Below, piece by piece: positions 37,820 to 47,856 of a DNA stretch of 64,000 nucleotides (position 1 is the first letter of the stretch; each line of letters starts with the position of its first letter). Position numbers and translations under genes: made by a program. The stretch spans positions 3,397-67,396 of the forward strand of contig CAJXLC010000003.1 of assembly GCA_913055645.1 (NCBI GenBank), given 5' to 3'. The stretch is from an uncultured Pseudomonadota bacterium (GTDB lineage Bacteria; Pseudomonadota; Zetaproteobacteria; Mariprofundales; Mariprofundaceae). Under the pieces are notes generated by a model that was not told where the DNA came from, searched no databases, and saw only the letters and a program-made list of their open reading frames with translations.

Positions 37820-40800
37820 GCCACGCCGTCCGCCAACAGGCTATTTCACCCAGCGAATCTTTTCTTGTACAAGCACCGGCCGGTTCAGGAAAAACGGAAC
37901 TCCTCACCCAACGTATTTTATCCCTCTTGGCAGTTGTGCAAGAACCCGAAGAAATCATGGCGCTCACCTTTACTCGCAAAGCAGCAGCAGAAATGCGTGC
38001 ACGCGTGCTTGAATCACTCCATATGCCCAAGCCCGATGATGAAAAGAGTCACCGCATGGCGACTTGGATTTTGGCTGAAAAGGTTCTAAAACGCTCTCAT
38101 GAGCGGGGCTGGCAATTATTGCACAACCCCAATCGTCTTCGCATGATGACTTTGGACAGTCTAACCAGCATGTTAGCACGCCAACTACCATTGCTTTCTG
38201 GTTTGGGTGATATGCCTAGACCAAGCGAACATGCGCAGGCGATGTATGAACAAGCCGCTGAACATACACTCGGTCATACTTCTCCTTCATATCACAAGGC
38301 AGTAGAAACCTTGTTATTACACCAAGATCACAACACAGTGGCTGTCATTTCCTTGATTGCCGATATGTTAAAAAACCGCGAACAATGGCTAAAATACATA
38401 GCAGAATATGGACGCAACACACAAAAGCTACGCGATTTACTGGAGCATAATCTAGCCTATTACCTCGAACATCAATTGCAATGCTGCGATGATGCCATGC
38501 CAATTACCTACAAAGACGCTTTACCAGATTTAATGTCATTTGCTGCGCAACATGGTGGTTTGGCAAGCTTAGAGCACGTCTCAACATGGCCAATGCCTGA
38601 TATAAATCATCTCGAAATATGGCAATCTATCGCCAATTTTCTTCTTACCAGTGGTGGAACATTTCGCAAAACTATCAGCAAAACACAAGGCTTCCCTGCT
38701 GATGCTAAAGTTGAAAAAAATGCTATTTTAGAAATATTTTCCAATTTATCTGATATTCCTGAACTTGCACAACAGTGGGATGATATTCGCAAAATGCCCA
38801 ACACGGCATCATTTGCCGATGAGCAATGGCAAGTATTGCAAGCACTTTTCACACTATTGCCGCTTGCATCAAGTGAATTGAAAAATATATTCACACAACA
38901 AGGAAGCGCTGATTTTACTGAAATATCACTGCGAGCATTGGATGCTTTATCAGATGAGCAAGGTCGCCCTTCAGATATACTGTTAAAGCTGGATTATCGC
39001 ATCCAACACATTTTAATTGATGAATTTCAAGATACTTCCGAGCTACAAATAGAGTTGCTGCGTTGCCTCACTTCTGGCTGGCAAGAAAATGATGGGCGAA
39101 GCCTGTTTATGGTAGGCGACCCCATGCAATCTATTTATCGCTTCCGTAAAGCTGAAGTGAGTTTATTTCTTGAAGCTGCCAATAACAATATTGAAAATTT
39201 GCCCAGCATTACGCCTTGTTCCTTGGTCCGAAACTTTCGTTCCAGTCCAAGTATTGTGCATTGGGTCAATCAAGCATTTGCAGCTATTTTCCCCGAACAT
39301 GCGGATCCAATCAGTGGTGCGGTGTCACATGCCCAAGCAGAGGCTGCCCGCAATCATGCAGGTGATGTACATCTACATCTGCAACATGGTGAAGATAATC
39401 AAGGCGAAGCCGATGCTATGGTTGAAGTGATTCAACAAGCCCGTCAAAACAAACAACGTGTCGGTATCTTGGCGCGTACCCGCAAACATCTGCATACCAT
39501 CATGCCTACACTCGAACAAGCAGATATTGCCTTTCGTGCTATGAACATATTACCATTAGAAAAACGCCCTGAAGTTCGCACCTTACGCGCCCTAACCCGC
39601 GCCTTATTACACCCTGCTGATAAGGCTTCTTGGGTAACATTATTGCGTGCCCCGTGTTGCGGGCTAAACAATGTTGAATTGTTCGAGGTGTTGGGTGTAA
39701 ATACTGATTCCCAATGTATATGGGATGAACTGCGCGATGAAAATTTATTATCCACACTCTCACCCAATGCACGCACACGTATTAAGCATCTTACACAGGC
39801 TCTCGCACCTTGCATGGCAATCGCAGGACGTATTCCTGTGAGGAGATGTATAGAAACTGCCTGGTTGCGCTTGGGTATGCCACAACTTCTACAAGGCAGT
39901 GCACATACCAATGTAGAAACCGTTTTGCAGCTTTTAGAAAGTTTGGAATCTGAATATGTCGCTGGGTATATTCACTTCAAACATTTCGATGAACGTCTTG
40001 AATTTTTATATGCCGCACCGAATAATGAACCCGATGCTGACATGGTTGAATTAATGACCATTCATGGTGCAAAAGGTCTGCAGTGGGATGTGATTATACT
40101 GCCTGGTTTGGGGAAAGATTCGGGTAAAAGTGATGCGCCTTTTATGGCTTTTACAGAAGCGCCGATACATGATGAAGGGCTTTTCCTACTATCTCCCAAA
40201 GCCCAAACACGTAGCAAAGATCATTTATTCTCATTTATTCAAAATATTGAGAAAAACAAAGATTTACATGAGCAGAAACGTCAATTTTATGTTGCGTGTA
40301 CGCGTGCAGAAAGCCAATTACACATGTTTGGCCATGTCTCAGAAAAAAGTGGCAATGCAACAAAAAATTCTTTCCTACACACCCTGCTTGAGCAAGATGA
40401 GGCTTGTTTTGGCGCAAATATCACTCAACTTGAAACATTAGAGCATGATACAGAAATCATACAAAAATCTTTGCAACGTATGCAAAACATACCCCAAGCC
40501 ATAGCATCATACTCAGCCTCTAACTCCGAACAAAAAAACGACGCTGAATTTGGTTGGGCAGGTCTAGAAGCCGCACCAGTAGGTAATGTGTTACATGCTT
40601 TGTTCGAGCGCATTGCTAAGGTCGGCATAGAGCAATGGAACCCTGAGAACAACCGCAAAATCATGCATCGTTTATTTATCCAAGAAGGTTTATCAGGAAC
40701 TACTTTAGACGCTGCGCTTGCACGTTGCCAAACAGGTTTGGAAAATACCCTTAAAAGCGAGCGTGGCAGATGGATACTATCAAACCAACATGATGATGCC

Positions 40801-41112
40801 CATTGTGAATGGGCAATTTCCCATCAACAGCATGGACATGTATCACACTATATCATCGATAGAAGCTTTGAAGATAACAATGGCACACGCTGGATTATTG
40901 ATTACAAAACTGCTAGCCACGAAGGTGGAAGTATAGAACATTTTCTCGATGAACAATGCCAACGCCATCAAAATCAACTACAACGCTATGCTCTTGCCTT
41001 ACAAGCCATGGGGTATCACAATCTGCGTCTTGCGTTATACTTCCCTATGCTGGATGCATGGCGAGCATGGAATGCGTTCCCTCAAGACGAGTCAAACAAG
41101 GATAAAACATGA
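37816..41112 (+). CDS. AddA-like UvrD/Rep-family helicase with C-terminal PD-(D/E)XK nuclease
   Basis: 1098 aa with Walker A APAGSGKTE, IDEFQDTS and C-terminal WIIDYKT. It shares an ATGA overlap with the upstream gene. Confidence 0.88.
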   Translation: MSHAVRQQAISPSESFLVQAPAGSGKTELLTQRILSLLAVVQEPEEIMALTFTRKAAAEMRARVLESLHMPKPDDEKSHRMATWILAEKVLKRSHERGWQLLHNPNRLRMMTLDSLTSMLARQLPLLSGLGDMPRPSEHAQAMYEQAAEHTLGHTSPSYHKAVETLLLHQDHNTVAVISLIADMLKNREQWLKYIAEYGRNTQKLRDLLEHNLAYYLEHQLQCCDDAMPITYKDALPDLMSFAAQHGGLASLEHVSTWPMPDINHLEIWQSIANFLLTSGGTFRKTISKTQGFPADAKVEKNAILEIFSNLSDIPELAQQWDDIRKMPNTASFADEQWQVLQALFTLLPLASSELKNIFTQQGSADFTEISLRALDALSDEQGRPSDILLKLDYRIQHILIDEFQDTSELQIELLRCLTSGWQENDGRSLFMVGDPMQSIYRFRKAEVSLFLEAANNNIENLPSITPCSLVRNFRSSPSIVHWVNQAFAAIFPEHADPISGAVSHAQAEAARNHAGDVHLHLQHGEDNQGEADAMVEVIQQARQNKQRVGILARTRKHLHTIMPTLEQADIAFRAMNILPLEKRPEVRTLRALTRALLHPADKASWVTLLRAPCCGLNNVELFEVLGVNTDSQCIWDELRDENLLSTLSPNARTRIKHLTQALAPCMAIAGRIPVRRCIETAWLRLGMPQLLQGSAHTNVETVLQLLESLESEYVAGYIHFKHFDERLEFLYAAPNNEPDADMVELMTIHGAKGLQWDVIILPGLGKDSGKSDAPFMAFTEAPIHDEGLFLLSPKAQTRSKDHLFSFIQNIEKNKDLHEQKRQFYVACTRAESQLHMFGHVSEKSGNATKNSFLHTLLEQDEACFGANITQLETLEHDTEIIQKSLQRMQNIPQAIASYSASNSEQKNDAEFGWAGLEAAPVGNVLHALFERIAKVGIEQWNPENNRKIMHRLFIQEGLSGTTLDAALARCQTGLENTLKSERGRWILSNQHDDAHCEWAISHQQHGHVSHYIIDRSFEDNNGTRWIIDYKTASHEGGSIEHFLDEQCQRHQNQLQRYALALQAMGYHNLRLALYFPMLDAWRAWNAFPQDESNKDKT

Positions 41113-42389
41113 AAAAAATAGTTGTATTATCGCTATGTGTCATTGCCATACTGGCTGTGCCTTTTGGCATCGGCTTTATCACCCAGCAGCGCAGTGAAGA
41201 ATTAGCCTCACATTACCGTTTAAATCCTGCCATTCATGCTATAGATAATGCATTTCAACGTGGCTGGTTTCATAGTGATTCATTATCCAAGCTCTCTGTT
41301 TATTTACCTGATATTAGCAATAAAAACATTGACATCGTAATGCATCAATCCGTGCGTCAAGGGCCTATTTTATGGGGAGATCATCGCCCACTAGCCTTTG
41401 GCTTTGCCGATATGAAAACTGACATTGAATTGCCAGCTAACATACAAAACAAGCTCACTCAGACTTTGGGAGAAATTCCATCCATCACACTGCTCACAAG
41501 ACTGCATTATGATGGTTCACAGGATTCTAAACTTTCCATCCCTGAAATCAGTCATGAAAATCAAGGCACACATATCAATATGCACCCACTTCAGCTACAG
41601 GGTTATAGCGATCTACCTGTACAACACCTTCAAGCAACCTTGAATTGGCAAGGTCTGGAAATCAATCGTGCTGATAGCAAAGTGAATATTGGCAAAAGTG
41701 TATCTCACACCCATACACAGAAAAAAGGTGTTATCTGGGTTGGTGATATGGATTGGAGTACCGATAACATCGCGTTCAACAATAAACAAAAGACTCTGCA
41801 TCTAGAACATATCAATATAAATGCTAAGACATCTGTCGATACACAACAACGTATATCCAGCTCACAAAGCCTTTCTATTGAAAAAATCCAAGAGAATGAC
41901 ATTGCATATGGACCTGGAAAATACACCGTTGTATTCAATCATATTCCACTAAGCGTGTTTGAAAAGATGAACAAAATACAACAACATATTTCAACACTGC
42001 CAGCAGAACAACGAGAGCAAGCCATGAAAAATATGGGATTTAGTATGTTCAGCTTATTACCTGATATTTTGGCTGCAGAACCCGAGATTAAAATCCATCA
42101 TGCCTCTCTCACCACTCCCTATGGTGATATTCAAGGCGAGGTTTATTTTACGATTACAGGCTTAAATAAGCAGGATATGATGAATTTCACAAAGATTAAG
42201 AAACATATTCATGCAGATATGCAGATACAATTCCCTAAAGCTTTGGCCTCTGATACTAAAAGAGCAAATATTGAACGTTTATTACAAAAAGGCTGGTTGC
42301 TTCAAGAAGGTGATATGCTTCATAGCACATTGCACATGGCTGACGGCGCGTTAACCATCAACAATCTAACTGTGCCACTCCCCTTTTAA
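41109..42389 (+). CDS. DUF945 (YdgA-like) family protein with N-terminal membrane anchor
   Basis: 426 aa. It has the anchor MKKIVVLSLCVIAILAVPFG and an early GWFHS motif. It shares an ATGA overlap with the AddA-like gene. Confidence 0.7.
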   Translation: MKKIVVLSLCVIAILAVPFGIGFITQQRSEELASHYRLNPAIHAIDNAFQRGWFHSDSLSKLSVYLPDISNKNIDIVMHQSVRQGPILWGDHRPLAFGFADMKTDIELPANIQNKLTQTLGEIPSITLLTRLHYDGSQDSKLSIPEISHENQGTHINMHPLQLQGYSDLPVQHLQATLNWQGLEINRADSKVNIGKSVSHTHTQKKGVIWVGDMDWSTDNIAFNNKQKTLHLEHININAKTSVDTQQRISSSQSLSIEKIQENDIAYGPGKYTVVFNHIPLSVFEKMNKIQQHISTLPAEQREQAMKNMGFSMFSLLPDILAAEPEIKIHHASLTTPYGDIQGEVYFTITGLNKQDMMNFTKIKKHIHADMQIQFPKALASDTKRANIERLLQKGWLLQEGDMLHSTLHMADGALTINNLTVPLPF

Positions 42390-42397
42390 GGAATTAT

Positions 42398-43012
42398 ATG
42401 TTTACAGGAATTATTCAAGATGTCGGAGAAATTCGCGATATCAACCACGAAGAGCAACAAAGCCATCTAGTCTTTGAAACCCGTTTGGATATGTCACATT
42501 GGCAATTGGGTGACTCGGTAGCTGTGGATGGTTGTTGCTTAACCATTACTGACTTTCCAAATAAACATACATGGTCAGCCACATTGTCAATGGAAACCCT
42601 TGCACTTACTACTTTTTCTGATGCTAAGGTCGGCAAAAAGGTGAATATGGAGCCTGCTTTATGTGTGGGCGATGCTTTGGGTGGTCATATTGTCACGGGA
42701 CATGTAGATGGCTTAGCGCAGGTAAAAAGCATCACAGATATTGGTGAGCACAAGGCATTTACCTTTACTGCACCTAAGGAATTAGCGCGTTATATTGTCA
42801 AAAAAGGCTCGGTCACACTCAATGGTACAAGCCTAACTGTGAATGATGTGGATGAATGTTGCTTTACCGTCAACCTCATTCCACATACCTTGTCGCACAC
42901 AAATTTGGGTGAATTACAAGAAAATGACCATGTAAACATCGAAACTGATATGCTTGGGCGCTATGTAGAGCGCATCATGTATTTCCAAAAAAAGTCTGAG
43001 GAGACGAAATGA
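42398..43012 (+). CDS. ribE: Riboflavin synthase (alpha chain)
   Basis: It begins MFTGIIQDVGEI and has two lumazine-binding repeats. Confidence 0.93.
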   Translation: MFTGIIQDVGEIRDINHEEQQSHLVFETRLDMSHWQLGDSVAVDGCCLTITDFPNKHTWSATLSMETLALTTFSDAKVGKKVNMEPALCVGDALGGHIVTGHVDGLAQVKSITDIGEHKAFTFTAPKELARYIVKKGSVTLNGTSLTVNDVDECCFTVNLIPHTLSHTNLGELQENDHVNIETDMLGRYVERIMYFQKKSEETK

Positions 43013-44214
43013 GCCTTGCCAGTTGTGAAGAACTGATTGAAGAATTGCGTGCTGGACGCATGATTATCCTTGCCGATGATGAAGATCGTGAAAATGAAGG
43101 CGATTTGGTTATGGCTGCAGAATGGATTACCCCTGAAGCCGTAAATTTTATGGCAACACACGGGCGCGGATTGATTTGTTTAACCCTTGAAAAAGAACAA
43201 GTGAACAAACTTGGCTTACCTTTGATGACATCCAATATTAACTCCAAATTCAAAACCAATTTTACTGTGTCCATTGAAGCTGCTGAAGGCGTTACAACCG
43301 GCATCTCTGCATTTGATAGAGCGCATACCATTCGCTCTGCCATTAAAACGGACGCAGAGGCCAAAGATATTCATTCACCTGGGCATGTATTTCCGCTTAA
43401 AGGGCGCGAAGGTGGTGTATTGGTACGGGCAGGACATACCGAAGCCTCGATTGATTTGGCACGCATGGCAGGTTTAAAAGCTTCTGGTGTAATTTGCGAG
43501 ATTATGAATGAAGATGGCTCTATGGCGCGCATGCCAGAGTTGAAAAAGTTTGCTAAAAAACATGATATTAAGATTGGCTGCATTGCAGATTTGATTTCAC
43601 ACCGTTTAAAATATGATTCTTTGGTCAAACGTGAAGTAGAAGTTCGTTTACCCACCGAATTTGGTGATTTTAACATGTTTGGTTACACCAATATGGTGGA
43701 TGATGCCGAACATGTCGCTTTAGTCATGGGCAATCCAACTGCCGATAAACCTTGTTTGGTTCGTGTGCATTCAGAGTGTTTAACTGGTGATGTTTTTACC
43801 TCACGTCGCTGTGATTGTGGCTCACAACTTCACGCTGCCATGCGCCAAGTTGCCGAAGCAGGTGAAGGCGTGATTTTGTATCTTCGTCAGGAAGGTCGTG
43901 GTATTGGTTTGTTGAACAAGCTCAAAGCTTATCAACTGCAAGATGCAGGGCATGATACCGTTGAAGCCAATGAAAAATTAGGCTTTAAATCTGATTTAAG
44001 GGATTATGGTATTGGTGCGCAAATCTTGCGTGATTTAGGGCTTTGCAAACTTAATTTACTCACCAACAACCCAAAAAAAATCATCGCATTGGATGGCTAT
44101 GGGCTTGAAGTGGTTGAGCGTGTACAACTCGAAGTGCAAGCCCATGAAGATAATATCGCCTATTTGCAGACCAAACGTGATAAAATGGGTCATATGATTA
44201 AGGCTGGAGAATAA
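43009..44214 (+). CDS. ribBA: Bifunctional 3,4-dihydroxy-2-butanone-4-phosphate synthase / GTP cyclohydrolase II
   Basis: The DHBPS half carries DDEDRENEGDL. The GCH-II half carries VHSECLTGD...RCDCG. Confidence 0.95.
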   Translation: MSLASCEELIEELRAGRMIILADDEDRENEGDLVMAAEWITPEAVNFMATHGRGLICLTLEKEQVNKLGLPLMTSNINSKFKTNFTVSIEAAEGVTTGISAFDRAHTIRSAIKTDAEAKDIHSPGHVFPLKGREGGVLVRAGHTEASIDLARMAGLKASGVICEIMNEDGSMARMPELKKFAKKHDIKIGCIADLISHRLKYDSLVKREVEVRLPTEFGDFNMFGYTNMVDDAEHVALVMGNPTADKPCLVRVHSECLTGDVFTSRRCDCGSQLHAAMRQVAEAGEGVILYLRQEGRGIGLLNKLKAYQLQDAGHDTVEANEKLGFKSDLRDYGIGAQILRDLGLCKLNLLTNNPKKIIALDGYGLEVVERVQLEVQAHEDNIAYLQTKRDKMGHMIKAGE

Positions 44215-44215
44215 T

Positions 44216-44704
44216 ATGAGTTTGGATGCCCCTCACTTAGCAGGCAATGTCGATGCAACAGGTATGAAAATCGGTATTATTGTGAGTCGTTTTAATGCTG
44301 ACATTACCGAAGGTTTATTGGATGGTGCCGTCAAAGCATTAAAAGAGCACGGCTCAACAGATGCGGATCTGCATATCGTACATGTGCCTGGCGCATTAGA
44401 AATTCCAACTTTGGCATCAGCTATGGCACAAACAGATCAATATGATGCATTGGTTTGTTTAGGTTGCGTGATTCAAGGTGGTACAGCGCATTTTGACCAT
44501 GTTTGCCGTGTTGCGATGGATTCAATTGGGCATATTGCCGAATGTGGCGATATTGCCATCGCCAATGGTGTGCTTACTGTTGATAACCACGCCCAAGCTT
44601 TGGAGCGCATTGGTGGTGCCCACGGACATAAAGGTGCGGAAGCTGCATTAACCGCTGTTGAAATTGCAACCTTGCTTAGAGAAATCGAAGAGACTGGAGA
44701 ATAA
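44216..44704 (+). CDS. ribH: 6,7-dimethyl-8-ribityllumazine synthase
   Basis: 162 aa with IVSRFN and VPGALEIP. Confidence 0.95.
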   Translation: MSLDAPHLAGNVDATGMKIGIIVSRFNADITEGLLDGAVKALKEHGSTDADLHIVHVPGALEIPTLASAMAQTDQYDALVCLGCVIQGGTAHFDHVCRVAMDSIGHIAECGDIAIANGVLTVDNHAQALERIGGAHGHKGAEAALTAVEIATLLREIEETGE

Positions 44705-44706
44705 CA

Positions 44707-45156
44707 GTGAATAAACCCCTGAAGGGCGCAGGTCCTAATCGTCATCAAGCTCGCGAATCTGCTGTTGAGGTGCTCTATGCATGGCAAAGTGGTGAGTGTG
44801 ATACTGCTGCTATTCCCGCATTGATTAGCGGTCGCCTACAAGAAGAAGACCGTGAACAGCAAGATCAGGATTACTTGCGTGCTTTGGTCAACGGTGTGCT
44901 TGAAAGCTGTGATGATTTGGATGCAAAAATCACCACTGTGATTAATCGCAGTCTACGCAGTGTTGCGACGTTAGAACTAAACATCCTGCGCGTGGCAACA
45001 TGGGAAATGATCAATCGCTTGGAAATCCCCTATCGCGTGATTATCAATGAAGCATTGGAATTAGCCCGTGATTATACCGATGAACCTGCGCGAAGTTTTA
45101 TCAACGGTGTGTTGGATAAGCTCGCTAAATCATTGCGTGCTGACGAAAGCAAATAA
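44707..45156 (+). CDS. nusB: Transcription antitermination factor NusB
   Basis: 149 aa with a GTG start. It occupies the conserved ribH-nusB position and has a typical NusB helical sequence. Confidence 0.92.
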   Translation: MNKPLKGAGPNRHQARESAVEVLYAWQSGECDTAAIPALISGRLQEEDREQQDQDYLRALVNGVLESCDDLDAKITTVINRSLRSVATLELNILRVATWEMINRLEIPYRVIINEALELARDYTDEPARSFINGVLDKLAKSLRADESK

Positions 45157-45169
45157 CGTGCGTCCACCT

Positions 45170-45718
45170 ATGGAAGAAGACGTACCTGTTAATATCTTTG
45201 CTGAGGAAGAAGAACGGGTTATTCGCCCTAATAAATCACAATTAAAACGTGATGCCGTTGCCTTGGTCAAACTCGGTAAAAAACTAGAGTCGCTGGATAT
45301 GGCGCAACTGGGTCGCCTAGACATGCCCGATGAACTTCGTGAATCGCTCATCGAAGGCAAATCCATTCATCAAAATGGCGCGCGCAAACGTCATTTCAAA
45401 TTCATTGGCAAATTATTGCGCGAAATGGACACCGAACTACTCGAAAAAACCATCAATGACCTTGAGTTTGGTACTGCCAAAGCCAATGCAGAATTTCATG
45501 CGGTTGAACGTTGGCGTGATCGTTTACTTGATACAGAAGATGTACACGCTTTGGATGCATGGTTGGAGCAATATCCACAAAGCGATATTAGCCGCATTCG
45601 CCAACTTATTCGCAATGCGCTAAAAGAAATTCAGGGCAACAAACCACCCAAATCATCGCGTATGTTGTTTAAAGTTTTACGCGAAACCGTTGAAAGTAAC
45701 CCTGCCAAAACAGAATAA
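45170..45718 (+). CDS. yjgA: Ribosome-associated DUF615 protein (YjgA-like)
   Basis: RPNKSQLKRDAVALVKLGKKL resembles YjgA. I chose the start at ATG 45170. GTG 45158 is an alternative. The track ORF start at 45068 overlaps nusB. Confidence 0.78.
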   Translation: MEEDVPVNIFAEEEERVIRPNKSQLKRDAVALVKLGKKLESLDMAQLGRLDMPDELRESLIEGKSIHQNGARKRHFKFIGKLLREMDTELLEKTINDLEFGTAKANAEFHAVERWRDRLLDTEDVHALDAWLEQYPQSDISRIRQLIRNALKEIQGNKPPKSSRMLFKVLRETVESNPAKTE

Positions 45719-45729
45719 AACAAGAATAT

Positions 45730-46875
45730 TTATCCATCAACAGTCTGTGGAAAACCCAATGCTGATGTTTCAGGTATTGCTCTATCCACTGAAAAATCCG
45801 AACAATCCACTTGCACAGCTTCCCCCATCATTTTACGACTCATCACTTCCGCTGTAATTGGCGCAAGTGCCACACCATTACGATAGTGACCCGATGCTAC
45901 CCAAAGCCCTTTCACGTTTGAAACATCACCCAAATAGGGTAAACCATCAGGGCTACCTGGTCTAAACCCCATCCATTGATGTTCGACCTCTAAACCTTGT
46001 AAGCCCGGTGCGATTTTTTGCATCGATGCCATCAACTGCTCGGTTATTTGTTCGGTGTTTCCACGCTCAAAACCAACAAACTCCATGCTTGCCCCAACCA
46101 ATACCCGTCCATCCGCTCTAGGCACAAAATAAGCATCATCATGTTTCACAATCGACTTCATCAGTCTGGGTTTGCCTTTGAGCAATACAATTTGACCTTT
46201 GACTGGTTTAACAGGCAATGCAAAGCCCAACTGCTCTGCAAGCTCTCCACTCCAGCTACCACTTGCCAGTAACACCTGATTTGCAGTAAAGCGTTTTTCA
46301 TCAGCACACTGCACGCCGCTTAACATATCTTGTTGCATGATAAGTGATGTGACTTCGGCATGTTCATGCAATTCCACACCAAGCTTATCCATCCAAATAC
46401 GCACAGCCTTCAATAAACGTGGATTTCGCACCTGAGCAACTTCAGGCCAGCGCAATGAACCTGTGTTTTGATGCGAGAGTGTTGGTTCAAGCGCTAAGGT
46501 TTGCTGACCATCAAGCTCTTCGACATCCCAGTTAAAACGCTCCGACCAATCCAGCGCAGCTTGTTTATGATTGTTTTTGTCATCTGTAAAAAATGGCACC
46601 AATAAGCCCGACTTTTGCCATTCAATCGACATGCCCGTATCTGATTTTAATTGTTCTTGAAATGCTGGGTACATGGCAAGACTAGCATCAATCAAATGGG
46701 TGAATGAATCAGGGTATAACCACGGGTGAATCGGGCATAAAATACCAGCCCCTGCCCATGATGCTTCCTGCCCTGCTTTACCACGCTCCAATACCACAAC
46801 ATCTGCACCACGTTGCTTTAAAAAACACGCCGTTAAACAACCAATAATGCCACCACCAATGACCACCACTTTCAT
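45730..46875 (-). CDS. thiO: FAD-dependent glycine oxidase-like oxidoreductase (ThiO/DAO family)
   Basis: It has VVIGGGIIG and GHYRNG (ThiO-like). The start at ATG 46875 has GGGAG 8 nt upstream. Confidence 0.68.
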   Translation of the reverse strand: MKVVVIGGGIIGCLTACFLKQRGADVVVLERGKAGQEASWAGAGILCPIHPWLYPDSFTHLIDASLAMYPAFQEQLKSDTGMSIEWQKSGLLVPFFTDDKNNHKQAALDWSERFNWDVEELDGQQTLALEPTLSHQNTGSLRWPEVAQVRNPRLLKAVRIWMDKLGVELHEHAEVTSLIMQQDMLSGVQCADEKRFTANQVLLASGSWSGELAEQLGFALPVKPVKGQIVLLKGKPRLMKSIVKHDDAYFVPRADGRVLVGASMEFVGFERGNTEQITEQLMASMQKIAPGLQGLEVEHQWMGFRPGSPDGLPYLGDVSNVKGLWVASGHYRNGVALAPITAEVMSRKMMGEAVQVDCSDFSVDRAIPETSALGFPQTVDG

Positions 46876-46941
46876 CTTTAGCACTCCCTTCACATGCACC
46901 TTTGGTTGATTGCCACACCAGAAGCCTTACTATGCCCCATT

Positions 46942-47856
46942 ATGTCAGCATCTACAGCATCTAAATCCGCAATACGGCAAGCCTATCAGCACTGTCAGGA
47001 AATCGCAGCGCAACATTATGAGAATTTTCCCACAGCCTCCAAACTGATTCGCGCCGATTTACGCCCTGCTGTGGCTGCTATTTATGCCTTTGCCCGTGCT
47101 GCGGATGATATTGCAGATGAAGGCGATGCTAGTGCTGAGGTTCGCATCAAACAACTTGATGCATGGGAATCTTTGCTTGAGCGTTGTACTAAAGAAGAAG
47201 TCGACCATCCCATTTTTCTTGCACTTGGTGATGCGATTAAAACATTTCATTTACCCGTTCAAGCATTGCACGATTTACTTACCGCTTTTCGCATGGATTG
47301 CAGCATTAACCGTTATGCAACCGAACAAGAACTGTTATTTTATTGTAAACATTCTGCCAACCCTGTCGGGCGTTTGATGCTGGCATTGCATGGCATTCAT
47401 GATGACAAGGCTGCCCATGCCTCTGATTGTATTTGTACAGCTTTGCAACTTACCAATTTTTGGCAAGATTTTTCGATTGATCACCCCAAAGGTCGCTGCT
47501 ACTTGCCGGAATCTTGGTTGGCTGCTGAAAATATCACTTCAAATCAGTTGTTGGCTGGTGAAATTACACAGCAACAGGCCGCACCTGCCATTGAACATGC
47601 AATTACGTTCACACGCGATTTATTTCATAAAGGCAGAGAATTATTACCCATGCTTCCACTTCGTTTTCGCTTACAAATCGCAGCAACTTGGCATGGTGGC
47701 TCTAGCATATTATCTGCAACAGAGTCTTGTGATAATCCACTGACAGAGCGCCCTCACCTAGCACGCAGTGATTGGGCTAAGTTGGTCATGCCTATTACCA
47801 AAAGCACGTTGATGCCCAAGTGTCATGCCAAAACCATGAACATCAAAACTGCATGA
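46942..47856 (+). CDS. hpnC: Hydroxysqualene synthase HpnC (squalene/phytoene synthase family)
   Basis: It has HYENFPTAS and DDIADE. The start is at ATG 46942 (MSASTASK), and the stop overlaps the hpnD ATG (ATGA at 47853-47856). Confidence 0.8.
   Translation: MSASTASKSAIRQAYQHCQEIAAQHYENFPTASKLIRADLRPAVAAIYAFARAADDIADEGDASAEVRIKQLDAWESLLERCTKEEVDHPIFLALGDAIKTFHLPVQALHDLLTAFRMDCSINRYATEQELLFYCKHSANPVGRLMLALHGIHDDKAAHASDCICTALQLTNFWQDFSIDHPKGRCYLPESWLAAENITSNQLLAGEITQQQAAPAIEHAITFTRDLFHKGRELLPMLPLRFRLQIAATWHGGSSILSATESCDNPLTERPHLARSDWAKLVMPITKSTLMPKCHAKTMNIKTA

Noticed and set aside
42390-42397. FMN riboswitch upstream of the rib operon or ribD (59824-59876), and a TPP riboswitch upstream of thiO (46876-46941)
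   Set aside because: The available spacers (8, 53 and 66 nt) are too short for these elements, and no characteristic conserved segments were seen.
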